Origin: Candidatus Nomurabacteria bacterium | GTDB taxonomy: Bacteria > Patescibacteriota > Minisyncoccia > Phycocordibacterales > UBA9973 | Assembly (NCBI GenBank): GCA_020631955.1 | Contig: JACKGL010000002.1 | Location: 13,860-77,859 of the forward strand | Reading direction: 5' to 3' | Length of the DNA stretch: 64,000 nucleotides | In this document: positions 31,734 through 41,304 of the stretch, one piece after another | Layout: each line of letters opens with the position of its first letter | Position numbering within the stretch: the first letter of the stretch is position 1 | Notes under the pieces: model-generated | Databases searched by the model: none | What the model saw: the letters and a program-made list of their open reading frames with translations, nothing else | Told to the model about the DNA's origin: nothing | Position numbers and translations under genes: made by a program

Positions 31734-33264
31734 CAGCTTTTAGACCAGATAATATTTCCACGACAGCTCCGTCAGCCTCTTTACCTATAGTCACTTTTAC
31801 TTCTTCTTTTTTATCACCATTTTTTCTAGTGACAAATATTTCTCCGTCTTTTATATCAAGTACTTTTTTAGAAACATAAAGCGCATCATCTATTTTAAAA
31901 ACTTCTATATCCAAAGTAGCTGTCATACCTGATCTGAGTTCTGGTATATCATCTGTTATAGCGACTATCACCTTATAGTTTACTACTCCTTCGTCGTACT
32001 TAGGAGATAGGTCTACTTGTGTTACTTCACCATGATAAGTGTTGGCTCCTCCAAGCGCATCAAAACTTATAGACACAGGTAGTCCTGGTCTTACACCTAC
32101 AATACTAGCTTCGTTCACATAACTCTCTACATACAAAGAACTAGGATCTTTAAGGTCAACAACTTCTGTAAACGCTTGAACTATATCACCTATCTCAATA
32201 TCGACTCTAGTTACTGTCCCATCTGCAGGAGCTCTGATATAAGTATCTTCGAGTATAGCGGCAGCGTTGGCCACATCAGCTTTGGCTAAAAGTATATCTG
32301 GAGTAGTACCAGTGTTTGTGTAAGAAAGAAGCTCTGTTTCTATACTATCTACCTCTGCTTGAGATATAGATATCTGGAGATCTCTGGTAGCTTTAGCGCT
32401 TTCATAAGCTGTATAGTTAGCTACATAAGAGTCTCCGTCTTTGTTAGGTATATTTATAAGCCAGTCTGTATCGTATCCAGAGTAAGTAAAATCGTCTGGG
32501 AACATTAAAGAAAGCCCCATGGTACCCAAAGGAAGTGTTTTTCCTAGTATTATGTCTTCACTATCTTCACTATCTTCAAGACCTCTATATGTATAAACAG
32601 CGTTTGTGTAAAGAGATCCTAAGTCAAACCCTACCACCACTCTATATTGACCTTCGACATTACCCAAGTATAAACCTTTCACTTCAGGTGGGGTTTTTAT
32701 GGTCTCTTTTGATTTTGGAATAGCCTCTAAGTCACTAGACAAAAGAGTTCTGTAAGCACTGCTCACCAAAGCGTCTTGTACTTTTATAGTATTCTCAAGA
32801 TTTTTCTTAGCATTTGCTAAGGAAGTATTTAACACATCTAAATCACTCTCGGCTTGTTCTAGGTTTGCCTGAGCTTTTGCTAGATCAGCTTTTTCTTTTG
32901 CGTTATAAAGAGACGCCAGTATAGTACCTCCTTTAACAACTTCTCCAGAAGAGACAAAAACTTTTTCTACTTTACCAGACTTTTGAAATGATAAACTGAG
33001 GTTTACATCACTAACTACTTCTCCTGTGGCTGGAACATTTTTAGATATCATACCTTGCTTTACCACCTCTACATTATCATCAGCTCCTTTATGTTTACCA
33101 CCAAAAATAAGAACCAGTAACACCACAACAACAGATGCGATGATAATATTTTTTCTTCTTAATTTAGAACGAAAATAACTTGGAGAACCTTTTACAGTAT
33201 CTTTTAAGCTTATGAACATGTTTTTCATTACTGTCCTAGTATAGCAAATACTAAATACTTTCAC
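31708..33264 (-). CDS. HlyD/MacA-type periplasmic adaptor (membrane fusion protein)
   Basis: It has an N-terminal TM, a lipoyl-like hairpin half (GEVVSDVNLSLSFQKSGKVEKVFVSSGEVVKGGTILASL), a coiled coil (KADLAKAQANLEQAESDLD..) and a second half (IRAPADGTVTRVDIEIGDIV). The likely start is MKNMFISL near 33228. Confidence 0.75.
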   Translation of the reverse strand: MKVFSICYTRTVMKNMFISLKDTVKGSPSYFRSKLRRKNIIIASVVVVLLVLIFGGKHKGADDNVEVVKQGMISKNVPATGEVVSDVNLSLSFQKSGKVEKVFVSSGEVVKGGTILASLYNAKEKADLAKAQANLEQAESDLDVLNTSLANAKKNLENTIKVQDALVSSAYRTLLSSDLEAIPKSKETIKTPPEVKGLYLGNVEGQYRVVVGFDLGSLYTNAVYTYRGLEDSEDSEDIILGKTLPLGTMGLSLMFPDDFTYSGYDTDWLINIPNKDGDSYVANYTAYESAKATRDLQISISQAEVDSIETELLSYTNTGTTPDILLAKADVANAAAILEDTYIRAPADGTVTRVDIEIGDIVQAFTEVVDLKDPSSLYVESYVNEASIVGVRPGLPVSISFDALGGANTYHGEVTQVDLSPKYDEGVVNYKVIVAITDDIPELRSGMTATLDIEVFKIDDALYVSKKVLDIKDGEIFVTRKNGDKKEEVKVTIGKEADGAVVEILSGLKAGDEIYLPK

Positions 33265-34771
33265 TAGATACCAAACCTCTCACTTTTCTATACCAAAAGA
33301 ATAACACCAACCCTAAAGAAAGATAAATTATGAGTAAAATATACAAAGGAAAAGGAGCTACAACTTTATAAGCAAAATTAGTACTACCAATCACGTCTAT
33401 ACACCATAGTACTATATGGTTTAAGTAATAAGTGAAAAAACCAAATACTCTTCCTAAAAGTGGTAATAGTATACCTCCTATACCTGTAGTAAAAGCAAAA
33501 AACATAGCTAGCGGCATAATAGGTCCTATTATAAAGTTTGCCAGTGGTGAAACTATAGAAAATACCCCTGTTGTATATAAGATAAGAGGTAACACTGCTA
33601 CTTGGGCTGCTAAAGTAGTACTGACTATATCTATAACAAATCTAGATTTTAAAAATCTAAAAGCTCTGACAAAAAGAGGGTTGATAAAAATAATACCCAA
33701 AGTCGCAACGACAGAAAGATGGAAAGACACATCATATAAAAGTGTAAATGGGTTTATAAGCACCATTATAAAAGTAGCTACCACAAGCGAACGGAACACG
33801 CTATACATATGACCACTATTTATAGCCATCATGGCAATAAGAGCCATAAGCCCTGCACGTAGGCTCGTAGCTTGAGCCCCTACAGCGAGTACAAAAAGTA
33901 TTATCGAAAGACCTCCTATATACACTGATATCTTTTTAGGAAGAAAAAGCCCAAATAACGACTGGAAAGTCCTAGCAACTATAGTGACATTGTATCCAGA
34001 CAAAGCTACGAGATGTATAGTGCCTGTAATGATAAAAAGATCTCTCAACTCTTTAGGTAATGCGGTCCGAGTACCAAAGGTAATACCAGAAGCAAATATA
34101 CCCTCTGATCCAGGTATAAAAGTCTGCATATTTTGGACAATTTTATTTTTTATACTATATAAAAAACCTATAAGACTACCGCTGGACTCAGATATTATTT
34201 CCTTACCTTCAGCAAAAGCTAATATGTAAAAAATATAGTCTTTTTTCAAATATGCCGGATAATCAAATTCTCTGTTTGTATCTGTAATAAAACTTTCTGG
34301 TTTTTGTAATGTGCCTTCTACTTTTATATATTGTCCATATTTATATACTGGGTACTTGGGTAAAATAACCAAAAAAGTACTGTCTTTCTGGGAGTTTTTA
34401 TTTTTGCTACGTAAATACAATCTTTGGTTATTATCTCTTTGATCAATATCGGAGACTATTTTACCTTCGATAACTATTTTTTCTCCTACCAGATTTTCAT
34501 AGCTAGAGTCGTACTTGTTTTGTGTTTTATTTTCAAGATAAAAACTTCCAAAATAAGCGGCTGGTAATATAAATATTATAGATAAAAATATTATTGAAAA
34601 ACTCTTATTTTTAAATATGATCAACAATAAGGAAAGTATTATTATTGCAAATAAAAAAATATACAGATAAATATTTGTATCTGTATATTTAGAAAAAATA
34701 ATACCTAAAAAATATCCTGCTATTATGGAGAAAAAAATCGTGTCTACTTTTTTATATACCCCGCCAAGCAT
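33251..34771 (-). CDS. comEC: ComEC/Rec2-family DNA-uptake channel (no beta-lactamase-like domain)
   Basis: 506 aa. It has an N-terminal TM plus an OB-like segment (GEKIVIEGKIVSDIDQRDNNQRLYL), then the competence domain ITGTIHLVALSGYNVTIV.. with about 9 TMs. Confidence 0.75.
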   Translation of the reverse strand: MLGGVYKKVDTIFFSIIAGYFLGIIFSKYTDTNIYLYIFLFAIIILSLLLIIFKNKSFSIIFLSIIFILPAAYFGSFYLENKTQNKYDSSYENLVGEKIVIEGKIVSDIDQRDNNQRLYLRSKNKNSQKDSTFLVILPKYPVYKYGQYIKVEGTLQKPESFITDTNREFDYPAYLKKDYIFYILAFAEGKEIISESSGSLIGFLYSIKNKIVQNMQTFIPGSEGIFASGITFGTRTALPKELRDLFIITGTIHLVALSGYNVTIVARTFQSLFGLFLPKKISVYIGGLSIILFVLAVGAQATSLRAGLMALIAMMAINSGHMYSVFRSLVVATFIMVLINPFTLLYDVSFHLSVVATLGIIFINPLFVRAFRFLKSRFVIDIVSTTLAAQVAVLPLILYTTGVFSIVSPLANFIIGPIMPLAMFFAFTTGIGGILLPLLGRVFGFFTYYLNHIVLWCIDVIGSTNFAYKVVAPFPLYILLIIYLSLGLVLFFWYRKVRGLVSSESI

Positions 34772-35525
34772 TTATTTGCTTTTCTTTTTCTTCATCGTTG
34801 GTAACTTTCTTAAACTTTGCTCCTTTTATACCAGTCACAGCATTTTTACAACTCTCCCAAGTCTCGTGCTCTTTTAGTTCTCCGTCTACATAAGATAGAT
34901 AAAGTACATAGTCTTTAGCTCCTTTAGACCCTCCTTCTACACTAAGAGAACCGTCATTTTTAAACAAACTTCCCCCCATGAGTTTTTCATAATTAGCCAA
35001 AGACCCAGTAAAAAGTTGTACTCTGTTTCCATCGGCAAATCCAGTCGCTATTTTATCTGCTCTTTCATTACCAAAGACACCAGAGTGTCCATCTACTTTC
35101 ACATAGTTCACGCTGCGATCTAGCCTGAAAGAAAAAGCAAACTTAAGTAGCTCTTTCCATATGTCTTGGTTCTGCACATCATCCCCTCCTGCTGTTTTCC
35201 AATTATTTTTTTCCCAAGCATATATCCATCCGATCATACCGTCATGTACATATCTAGAATCAGTATATATTTCTATATCTCCTTCAATGTTTCTATCTAT
35301 CACTGTCTGAAATGTTTTTAGCACAGCGGACATCTCCATACGATTGTTGGTAGAGACATCAAAACCTCCACCTATTTCCATGACTTTTATTTTCTTCTTA
35401 TCTTCCTCTTTCACGCTACCTATAGGATAAGGATATACTATTATCGCACCATAACCAGCCGGCCCTGGGTTGCCTCTGGAAGCTCCATCTGTGAAAGCTA
35501 TTATTTTAGTTGAATTATTCTTCAT
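34752..35525 (-). CDS. rnhA: RNase HI with a C-terminal hybrid-binding-domain-like (caulimovirus VI / RNase H1 HBD-like) module
   Basis: The RNase H core is FTDGASRGNPGPAGYGAII (D), NNRMEMSAV (E), IYTDSRYV (D) and HSGVFGNERADKIA (H..D). The C-terminal 60 aa read YVLYLSYVDGELKEHETWESCKNAVTGIKGAKFKKVTNDEEKEKQINAW, which resembles the HBD consensus (W.EC...V.G..GA.FKKF). Confidence 0.8.
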   Translation of the reverse strand: MKNNSTKIIAFTDGASRGNPGPAGYGAIIVYPYPIGSVKEEDKKKIKVMEIGGGFDVSTNNRMEMSAVLKTFQTVIDRNIEGDIEIYTDSRYVHDGMIGWIYAWEKNNWKTAGGDDVQNQDIWKELLKFAFSFRLDRSVNYVKVDGHSGVFGNERADKIATGFADGNRVQLFTGSLANYEKLMGGSLFKNDGSLSVEGGSKGAKDYVLYLSYVDGELKEHETWESCKNAVTGIKGAKFKKVTNDEEKEKQINAWRGI

Positions 35526-35634
35526 TTATAAGACTATTTTAGCATAGTGTAAGAAAAATTACATTTCATACGTCTATATAAATGTAGGGCAAAAATGCCT
35601 TACAAAATAAACTAATAATAATTACGACATACTT

Positions 35635-36042
35635 ATGAAAAAAATATTAAGCTCAATCGCTGTAGCAATATTTATTTTCTCCGGTACAGCAGCTTATGCT
35701 GCTATGCCAACTGCTCTAGAAGCAAAAATCAATGTATTAGACGCAAAGCATGATCAAGCAGAAGTGATCTGGGAAAGAATGAATCATTTTCTAGACAATG
35801 CTGAAGCTCACGGTGTAGACATAAGTGCTGCTCATGATGAGTACGAACTTGCTAAAGAAACTCATACACAATTACTTGTTGCAATAGACGGACTAAAAGA
35901 CGAACTATCTGGTGATGTTACACCAGCAGAAGTCGCAGGGGGTGTTTCCGATCTAAAAGATGCTTTCCTAGCTTGGAAAGATGCAATGAAAAATCTTATC
36001 GATCAAGTAAAAGAAATAAGAGAAGGTATAGCTACAGCATAA
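35635..36042 (+). CDS. Small secreted helical protein, unknown function
   Basis: 135 aa with the signal peptide MKKILSSIAVAIFIFSGTAAYA. It is followed by a strong terminator. Confidence 0.6.
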   Translation: MKKILSSIAVAIFIFSGTAAYAAMPTALEAKINVLDAKHDQAEVIWERMNHFLDNAEAHGVDISAAHDEYELAKETHTQLLVAIDGLKDELSGDVTPAEVAGGVSDLKDAFLAWKDAMKNLIDQVKEIREGIATA

Positions 36043-36068
36043 GACAAAACATATAAATAAACACGGAA

Positions 36069-36098
36069 AGCAGCGGGCCAAAGGCCCGCTGCTTTTTT
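36069..36098 (+). terminator. Rho-independent terminator
   Basis: agcagcgggcc-aaa-ggcccgctgct is an 11-bp GC-rich stem followed by tttttt. It abuts the recJ stop on the opposite strand. Confidence 0.8.
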
Positions 36099-37740
36099 AG
36101 TCTACTATTTTAAACCTCACCTCTTCGTTTCCTCTAAAATAACTTTTTTCAACATGTCCAAATATGTGCTTAGCTTTGTGATTTTTGTATTTATCCAAGT
36201 CTTCCTCGTCAGCAAAAAATTTAATAGCTCTTATTTCTTTATCTTTAGATATTACAGACAAAGAAAGGTGGTTTTTGGTTTTGCCGAACATATCAGCACT
36301 GACGACATCTATATCTACAAGACGAAATACAGGTTTGGGGTTGCTAACACCAAAAGGACCCAAAGTGTCTAGGGTCTGGTGTAAGCTCTGGTCTATAGAA
36401 TATAAGTCTATATCAAAATCCACTTCTACGTTTTCATTATTTTTTGATACTGCTTCTTCTATTTTTTCTCTTAAAGAATCCTCCAACGTGTGTACGTTTT
36501 CCAAAGATATAGTAAACCCGCCAGCTTCTTTGTGTCCACCAAAAGTCTCAAATTTATCACTAGAATTTTCCATAATCTTTACTATATCTACACCACCAAC
36601 ACCTCTGACAGATCCTTTATAATACTCTCCTCCATTTCCTCCCCAAACAAAAGCTGGCACATTATATTTATCAACAACTTTACTGGCAATGAGACCCAAG
36701 ACACCCGCTCTCCAAGAAGGATCTCCGACTACTATTACCTTTTCATGATTCCTGTGATCCAACCTCTTGTAAACATCTTTCATTATATGAGTGACCATTT
36801 TTTTGCGTTCTTGATTTAGAGTGTACAACTTGTTAGCAAGTTCCCTGGCTGTGGCTTCATCTTTTGCGCAAAGTAAATCAAAAGCTATGCGGGGGTTATC
36901 CATACGAGAGGCAGAGTTGATAGCAGGAGTCACCGAAAAATAAACATCATCTTCTGTTATATATTTATACATCACACCAAACTTTTTCAAAAGCTCTCGC
37001 AGTCCTAGTCTTCTCGCCTTTTTCATCACTAAAAGTCCATACTTAGCAAAAACTCTATTTTCACCCAACAGAGGTACCATGTCAGATAAAGTAGCCAGTC
37101 CCACCATATCCAAAGACCATTTCTCCCACCCAAGGGTAACACCAAAATCTTTTCTGTGTTTATTCAAAAAACCTTGCACGAGTTTGAACACCACCCCGCT
37201 ACCACAAAGCATCTTTTCTGGATACTCATCTATCTTTGGGTTTAAGATAGCGAAAGCCTCAGGTAACTCATCTTTTGGTAAGTGATGGTCTGTTATTATC
37301 ACATCAACACCTTTTTCATTTGCATAACGAACCTCTTCTATAGCAGTGATACCCAAATCTATAGTTATGATAAGATCTGCTCCATAAGAAACAGCTTCAT
37401 CTACCCCGGAAATAGAAAGTCCGTACCCTTCTTCTTCTCTGTGGGGAACATGCACATAAAAATCTTCATGTTCGACTTTTTTCAAAAAATCATGGAGTAC
37501 AACCGCTCCCGGTATGCCGTCACAATCATAATCAGTAAATATAAATATTTTTTCTTTATTATCTATAGCTTTTTTAATACGAGATACTGATTTTTCCATA
37601 TCACGCATCAAATATGGATCGTGTAAATGTTCGTCATAAGAAGGAGATAAAAAAGCATCTTTTTCTTCTTTAGAATTCAAGCCTATTTTTTCTAACCATT
37701 TTTGTATCAAATCTTGCTTCACAGACTCTAATTGTATCAT
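36097..37740 (-). CDS. recJ: Single-stranded-DNA-specific exonuclease RecJ
   Basis: It has DHH motifs (IFTDYDCDGI, ITIDLG, ITDHHLP), the DHHA1 motif GGHKEAGG and a C-terminal OB-like region. The likely start is MIQLESVKQ at 37740; the ORF extends to 37788. Confidence 0.85.
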   Translation of the reverse strand: MIQLESVKQDLIQKWLEKIGLNSKEEKDAFLSPSYDEHLHDPYLMRDMEKSVSRIKKAIDNKEKIFIFTDYDCDGIPGAVVLHDFLKKVEHEDFYVHVPHREEEGYGLSISGVDEAVSYGADLIITIDLGITAIEEVRYANEKGVDVIITDHHLPKDELPEAFAILNPKIDEYPEKMLCGSGVVFKLVQGFLNKHRKDFGVTLGWEKWSLDMVGLATLSDMVPLLGENRVFAKYGLLVMKKARRLGLRELLKKFGVMYKYITEDDVYFSVTPAINSASRMDNPRIAFDLLCAKDEATARELANKLYTLNQERKKMVTHIMKDVYKRLDHRNHEKVIVVGDPSWRAGVLGLIASKVVDKYNVPAFVWGGNGGEYYKGSVRGVGGVDIVKIMENSSDKFETFGGHKEAGGFTISLENVHTLEDSLREKIEEAVSKNNENVEVDFDIDLYSIDQSLHQTLDTLGPFGVSNPKPVFRLVDIDVVSADMFGKTKNHLSLSVISKDKEIRAIKFFADEEDLDKYKNHKAKHIFGHVEKSYFRGNEEVRFKIVD

Positions 37741-37778
37741 ATTTCCATAACACGGCTTCTGCCAGCTTTTTTGATATA

Positions 37779-38093
37779 ATGAACTCATATATGATAAACA
37801 TAGAAAAACACCTCAATAGTGAAGATATTGAGCACTCGATGGTAGAAACCATATACAATTTTTTGTTAGATTATTTTGGCGAAATAACTTGGAAAGAAGT
37901 CTACATAAATAAAAAGGCTACTAAGGAGGAAAAAATACAGGCAGTAAATAAGTTGAAAGAAATAGTAGCAAACATGTCCTCTGAAACTAAAAAAGATTTC
38001 TTAGAGCAAGTATTTACCGAGAAAATCAAAAAACAAACTATGGAAAACACCCAGAACATTGAAGTAGATTTAGAAAATTATTTTAATTTTTAA
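37779..38093 (+). CDS. Hypothetical small acidic protein
   Basis: 104-aa ORF. Its stop overlaps the HIT gene start (TAATG at 38091-38095), which suggests translational coupling. Confidence 0.5.
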   Translation: MNSYMINIEKHLNSEDIEHSMVETIYNFLLDYFGEITWKEVYINKKATKEEKIQAVNKLKEIVANMSSETKKDFLEQVFTEKIKKQTMENTQNIEVDLENYFNF

Positions 38094-38488
38094 TGGAAAA
38101 AACAATTTTTGAAAAAATAATAGACAGAGAAATACCAGCCAGTATAGTGTATGAAGATGACAACTTTTTGTCTTTCTTAGATATCCAGCCTGTAAATAAA
38201 GGACACCTGCTTATTGTCACTAAAAAACCTTATAGATGGATGCAAGATGTCCCAGACGATATTCTTTCTGAAGCTTTTGTTTTGACCAAAAAAATAATGT
38301 CTCATATGATAAAAGTCTTGGGGTGTGATTTTGTACAAGTAGGAGTAGTAGGTAAAGATGTACCCCATTTCCATATACACCTTATACCGCGAATGCTCTC
38401 CGGAGATGATGTAAATACACTTTCTGCTGGAAACAAATACAAAGAAGGTGAAATGCAAACTTTCGCAGAGAAACTCAAAATTAACTAA
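38093..38488 (+). CDS. HIT-family (histidine triad) nucleotide hydrolase
   Basis: 131 aa with IFEKIIDREIPA..VYEDD..FLDI.P...GH.L...K and the triad motif HFHIHLIP. Confidence 0.85.
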   Translation: MEKTIFEKIIDREIPASIVYEDDNFLSFLDIQPVNKGHLLIVTKKPYRWMQDVPDDILSEAFVLTKKIMSHMIKVLGCDFVQVGVVGKDVPHFHIHLIPRMLSGDDVNTLSAGNKYKEGEMQTFAEKLKIN

Positions 38489-38490
38489 TA

Positions 38491-38520
38491 AAAAAGAGGT
38501 CGCATAATGCGACCTCTTTT
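38491..38520. terminator. Bidirectional hairpin terminator between convergent genes
   Basis: aaaaa-gaggtcgc-ataat-gcgacctc-tttt lies between the HIT stop (38488) and the minus-strand stop (38523). Confidence 0.75.
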
Positions 38521-38522
38521 GC

Positions 38523-39326
38523 TCATGCATCCATATCTACATGAGCAAAAAACACTATTGAAGTCCTAGTATACTTCTTCTTACCAGGTACTCCTAATAC
38601 TCTGTGTTCTGCAGGAGCTATAGCTCCTTGAGAAACAAAGTCTTGTTCTTTTTTCTTCTCTTCTACAAACACTCCCCGAGTAAAGGGCATACCTCCTGTA
38701 AGGAGCCCCATTTTCATACCTGGGAAGATAAGCGTACTCCCTTCTTTCATCTTGACGTTCTGCCAGTTTTCACCTATGAGAAGTTGAAGTCCTGAGTGAG
38801 ACTCATACAAAGGACTGGTCAAACATGATATGTCCTGGTGAGGCATCGCCAGTATCTCCTGCTCCTTACTGACATCTTTGTATCTTAAAAGACGCAGTAC
38901 GAGCATTTCCTTCCGGGCTGCTGAACGGAACTTTTCATAGATCTGTGACAGATCTTCGTCCAAATCCATATATATCTGGTCGTAGAAATGTAACATCTTG
39001 TGATACACGTCATCACAAAGCCCGAGGAAATTATCCATCATAGGACTTCTACGTAAATGAAGACTTAGATATCGCCCCACTACAGGCCTGTAATGGAAAT
39101 AAGCTTTTTCGTCATGACCTGTATCATTACTCCTTATCACCAGAGCGTCATCAGGATCGAGTCCGATCTCTTCTTTGATATAAGAAGGTATACGAATTCT
39201 TTCTTGATAATTTTCCAAAATCTTAAGAAAGCTGTCATTGAGTAATGATAGGGTCAAAGAACTCTCAAACGGGCCAGGTATGTATACATACCCATGCTCT
39301 TGTATAGATGTAAATGTATTATTCAT
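38523..39326 (-). CDS. 2-oxoglutarate/Fe(II)-dependent oxygenase-like protein (isopenicillin-N-synthase-like fold)
   Basis: 267 aa. LAMPHQDISCLTSPL..HSGLQLLIGENWQNVKMKEGSTLIFPGMKMGLLTGG...APAEHRVLG fits the H-x-D ... H facial triad and the GLQV..W..V...G.lv.N.Gd pattern. Confidence 0.6.
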   Translation of the reverse strand: MNNTFTSIQEHGYVYIPGPFESSLTLSLLNDSFLKILENYQERIRIPSYIKEEIGLDPDDALVIRSNDTGHDEKAYFHYRPVVGRYLSLHLRRSPMMDNFLGLCDDVYHKMLHFYDQIYMDLDEDLSQIYEKFRSAARKEMLVLRLLRYKDVSKEQEILAMPHQDISCLTSPLYESHSGLQLLIGENWQNVKMKEGSTLIFPGMKMGLLTGGMPFTRGVFVEEKKKEQDFVSQGAIAPAEHRVLGVPGKKKYTRTSIVFFAHVDMDA

Positions 39327-39411
39327 AGTCTGTTATTTTCCTCAAATGTACTATAAAAGCAACTAGAGTGCAATAAATAAAAAAGCCCCTCTCTGGAAAG
39401 AAGGGGTATAT

Positions 39412-40116
39412 TTAAATAAAAAATTTTGTGCTGACAGATATTCTGCTAGCTTTTGCGTCCTCTGCTGACGTGATCCTCACCAAATGTTGTGTTGGTTTTA
39501 TCCTGGAATACTCTTCGAGCTGAGATCCAGGAATGACTGTAGTAAGGTGGCTTCTTACTTTTTTTTCTGCACCATCATTTTCTAGTAGCACAAGCTCTCC
39601 ACCTTTACTATATGTAAAGAAAGTAAAAGCATTGTCGTCACAGTGATTTCTCAGCATAACATTGTCTTTGGTAACAAAATACCAAGACAGTCGAAGTATA
39701 TGCCTGTCTTCATTGGTAGCATTTGCAAGCATGCTATGAATGTTTTTATCTATCTTAACCAGATTACTCTGAAGTAGATAGTGTTCATAATAGATAAGCT
39801 GCTTTGCTAAAGACATCATATAATTTACACTTTCCCTGACATCACGTCTTTCTTGGCCGACTTTTTGTAGTATATAGTTTATAGCGTATTTATTTAGCTG
39901 TAATCCATATATATTTTGACAATCTACATTATGCCGCCTACGAAATAATTCATCCTTGAAGACAATCCCGAGATCATCCTTATCGGTATTTAAAAACACA
40001 TCATATCCATTGGCATGAATGTTTTTAAATGCCAAAGCAAACTCTTCTGACAACCTGTAAATTTCAGGGTCATCAAACTCCGCATATCCTTTGGAGATAA
40101 AGTTTCTTATTAACAT
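39412..40116 (-). CDS. Second, divergent 2OG/Fe(II)-oxygenase-like protein
   Basis: 234 aa. LRNHCDDNAFTFFTYSKGGELVLLENDGAEKKV..TVIPGSQLEEYSRIKPTQHLV has H-x-D and a distal H with the same spacing as its neighbour. Similarity is weak. Confidence 0.4.
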   Translation of the reverse strand: MLIRNFISKGYAEFDDPEIYRLSEEFALAFKNIHANGYDVFLNTDKDDLGIVFKDELFRRRHNVDCQNIYGLQLNKYAINYILQKVGQERRDVRESVNYMMSLAKQLIYYEHYLLQSNLVKIDKNIHSMLANATNEDRHILRLSWYFVTKDNVMLRNHCDDNAFTFFTYSKGGELVLLENDGAEKKVRSHLTTVIPGSQLEEYSRIKPTQHLVRITSAEDAKASRISVSTKFFI

Positions 40117-40185
40117 TTATTGGGGTTTTGGTTGAAAAAAACAATTCCAATATAATTTATGAAATAATCCTTTTTTAGTCAAGGA

Positions 40186-41304
40186 TTATTTCAGTACGTC
40201 TATACCAGGTAAGCTACCTTTAGATAAAAATTCCAAAGCTGCTCCTCCCCCCGTAGAAACAAAAGTCAGCTTTTCTTCTATACTTTTTGTAGACACGGCA
40301 GTGATATCTCCTCCCCCTATAACACTAAAACACTTTCTGTTGGAAGCCAGAGCGTTGAGTACTTTCATGGTAGCCTTCTTACCTCCTTTCTCTTCATATT
40401 TACCTAAAGGTCCGTTCCATAAAACTGTCTTGGAGTCAGCTACTATCATAGATAGTGCTTTTGTTGTATCTATACCAGCATCTATGATCACATCGTTCTT
40501 ACCAATATCCGCTATATCAACATTTAGTATTTTACTTCCTCTTTTTACTATAAGGTCACTAGGTAAAAGTAATCTTGTACTTTTCAAAAGAGGCTTTAGA
40601 TCATATCCAGGTTCTACTAGAGACTTACCTACAGAAAAACCAGCTTCTTTCAAAAGATCGTTAGATAAAGCTCCCCCAACAAAAACATAGTCAGCTATTT
40701 TAAGAAACTTTTTTATCAATGGTAACTTTGTAGAAAATTTTGCACCTCCTATGATCACAAAGAAAGGGCTCTTGGCTTTATTGGTCAAAACACCTAGATG
40801 ATCTATTTCTTTTTTGAGCTGAATACCTGGATAAGATTTCATTATTTTCGGTAGATGATAGACACTAGTATGTTTTCTGTGTGAAACAGGAAAAGCTTCG
40901 TTTACATATATATCACCCAAAGCAGCTATCTTTTTGGCAAAAGTAGCAGAACCCTCTTTTTCTTCTTTGTATTTTCTTATATTGTCTACTAGTAGTATTT
41001 GTTTAGGTTTTAGCTTTGGTTTTTTATCTGGTAAATCCTCACTAAACAAAACATCGTATTTTTTAGATAATATTTTATATACAGGCATTAGAGACTGCGC
41101 CCCATCTTTACCGTTGTGGGAAAGTATAATTATGCTGGCGTTTTTCTTAAGTAGAAGGTTTATAGTAGGATAACTAGCTTCTATACGAAGAAGGTCTACT
41201 ACTTTGTCACCTTTTATTGGCACATTGTAGTCGGTACGAAGTATGACAACTTTATTTTTAAGAGACTTTAAACTATTTAGATCCTTCATTTTTTGCAAAA
41301 TCAA
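40186..41304 (-). CDS. pgk: Phosphoglycerate kinase
   Basis: 372 aa with VILRTDYNVP, GGAKFSTKL, NGPLGKYE and FVSTGGGAALEFL. Confidence 0.9.
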   Translation of the reverse strand: MILQKMKDLNSLKSLKNKVVILRTDYNVPIKGDKVVDLLRIEASYPTINLLLKKNASIIILSHNGKDGAQSLMPVYKILSKKYDVLFSEDLPDKKPKLKPKQILLVDNIRKYKEEKEGSATFAKKIAALGDIYVNEAFPVSHRKHTSVYHLPKIMKSYPGIQLKKEIDHLGVLTNKAKSPFFVIIGGAKFSTKLPLIKKFLKIADYVFVGGALSNDLLKEAGFSVGKSLVEPGYDLKPLLKSTRLLLPSDLIVKRGSKILNVDIADIGKNDVIIDAGIDTTKALSMIVADSKTVLWNGPLGKYEEKGGKKATMKVLNALASNRKCFSVIGGGDITAVSTKSIEEKLTFVSTGGGAALEFLSKGSLPGIDVLK

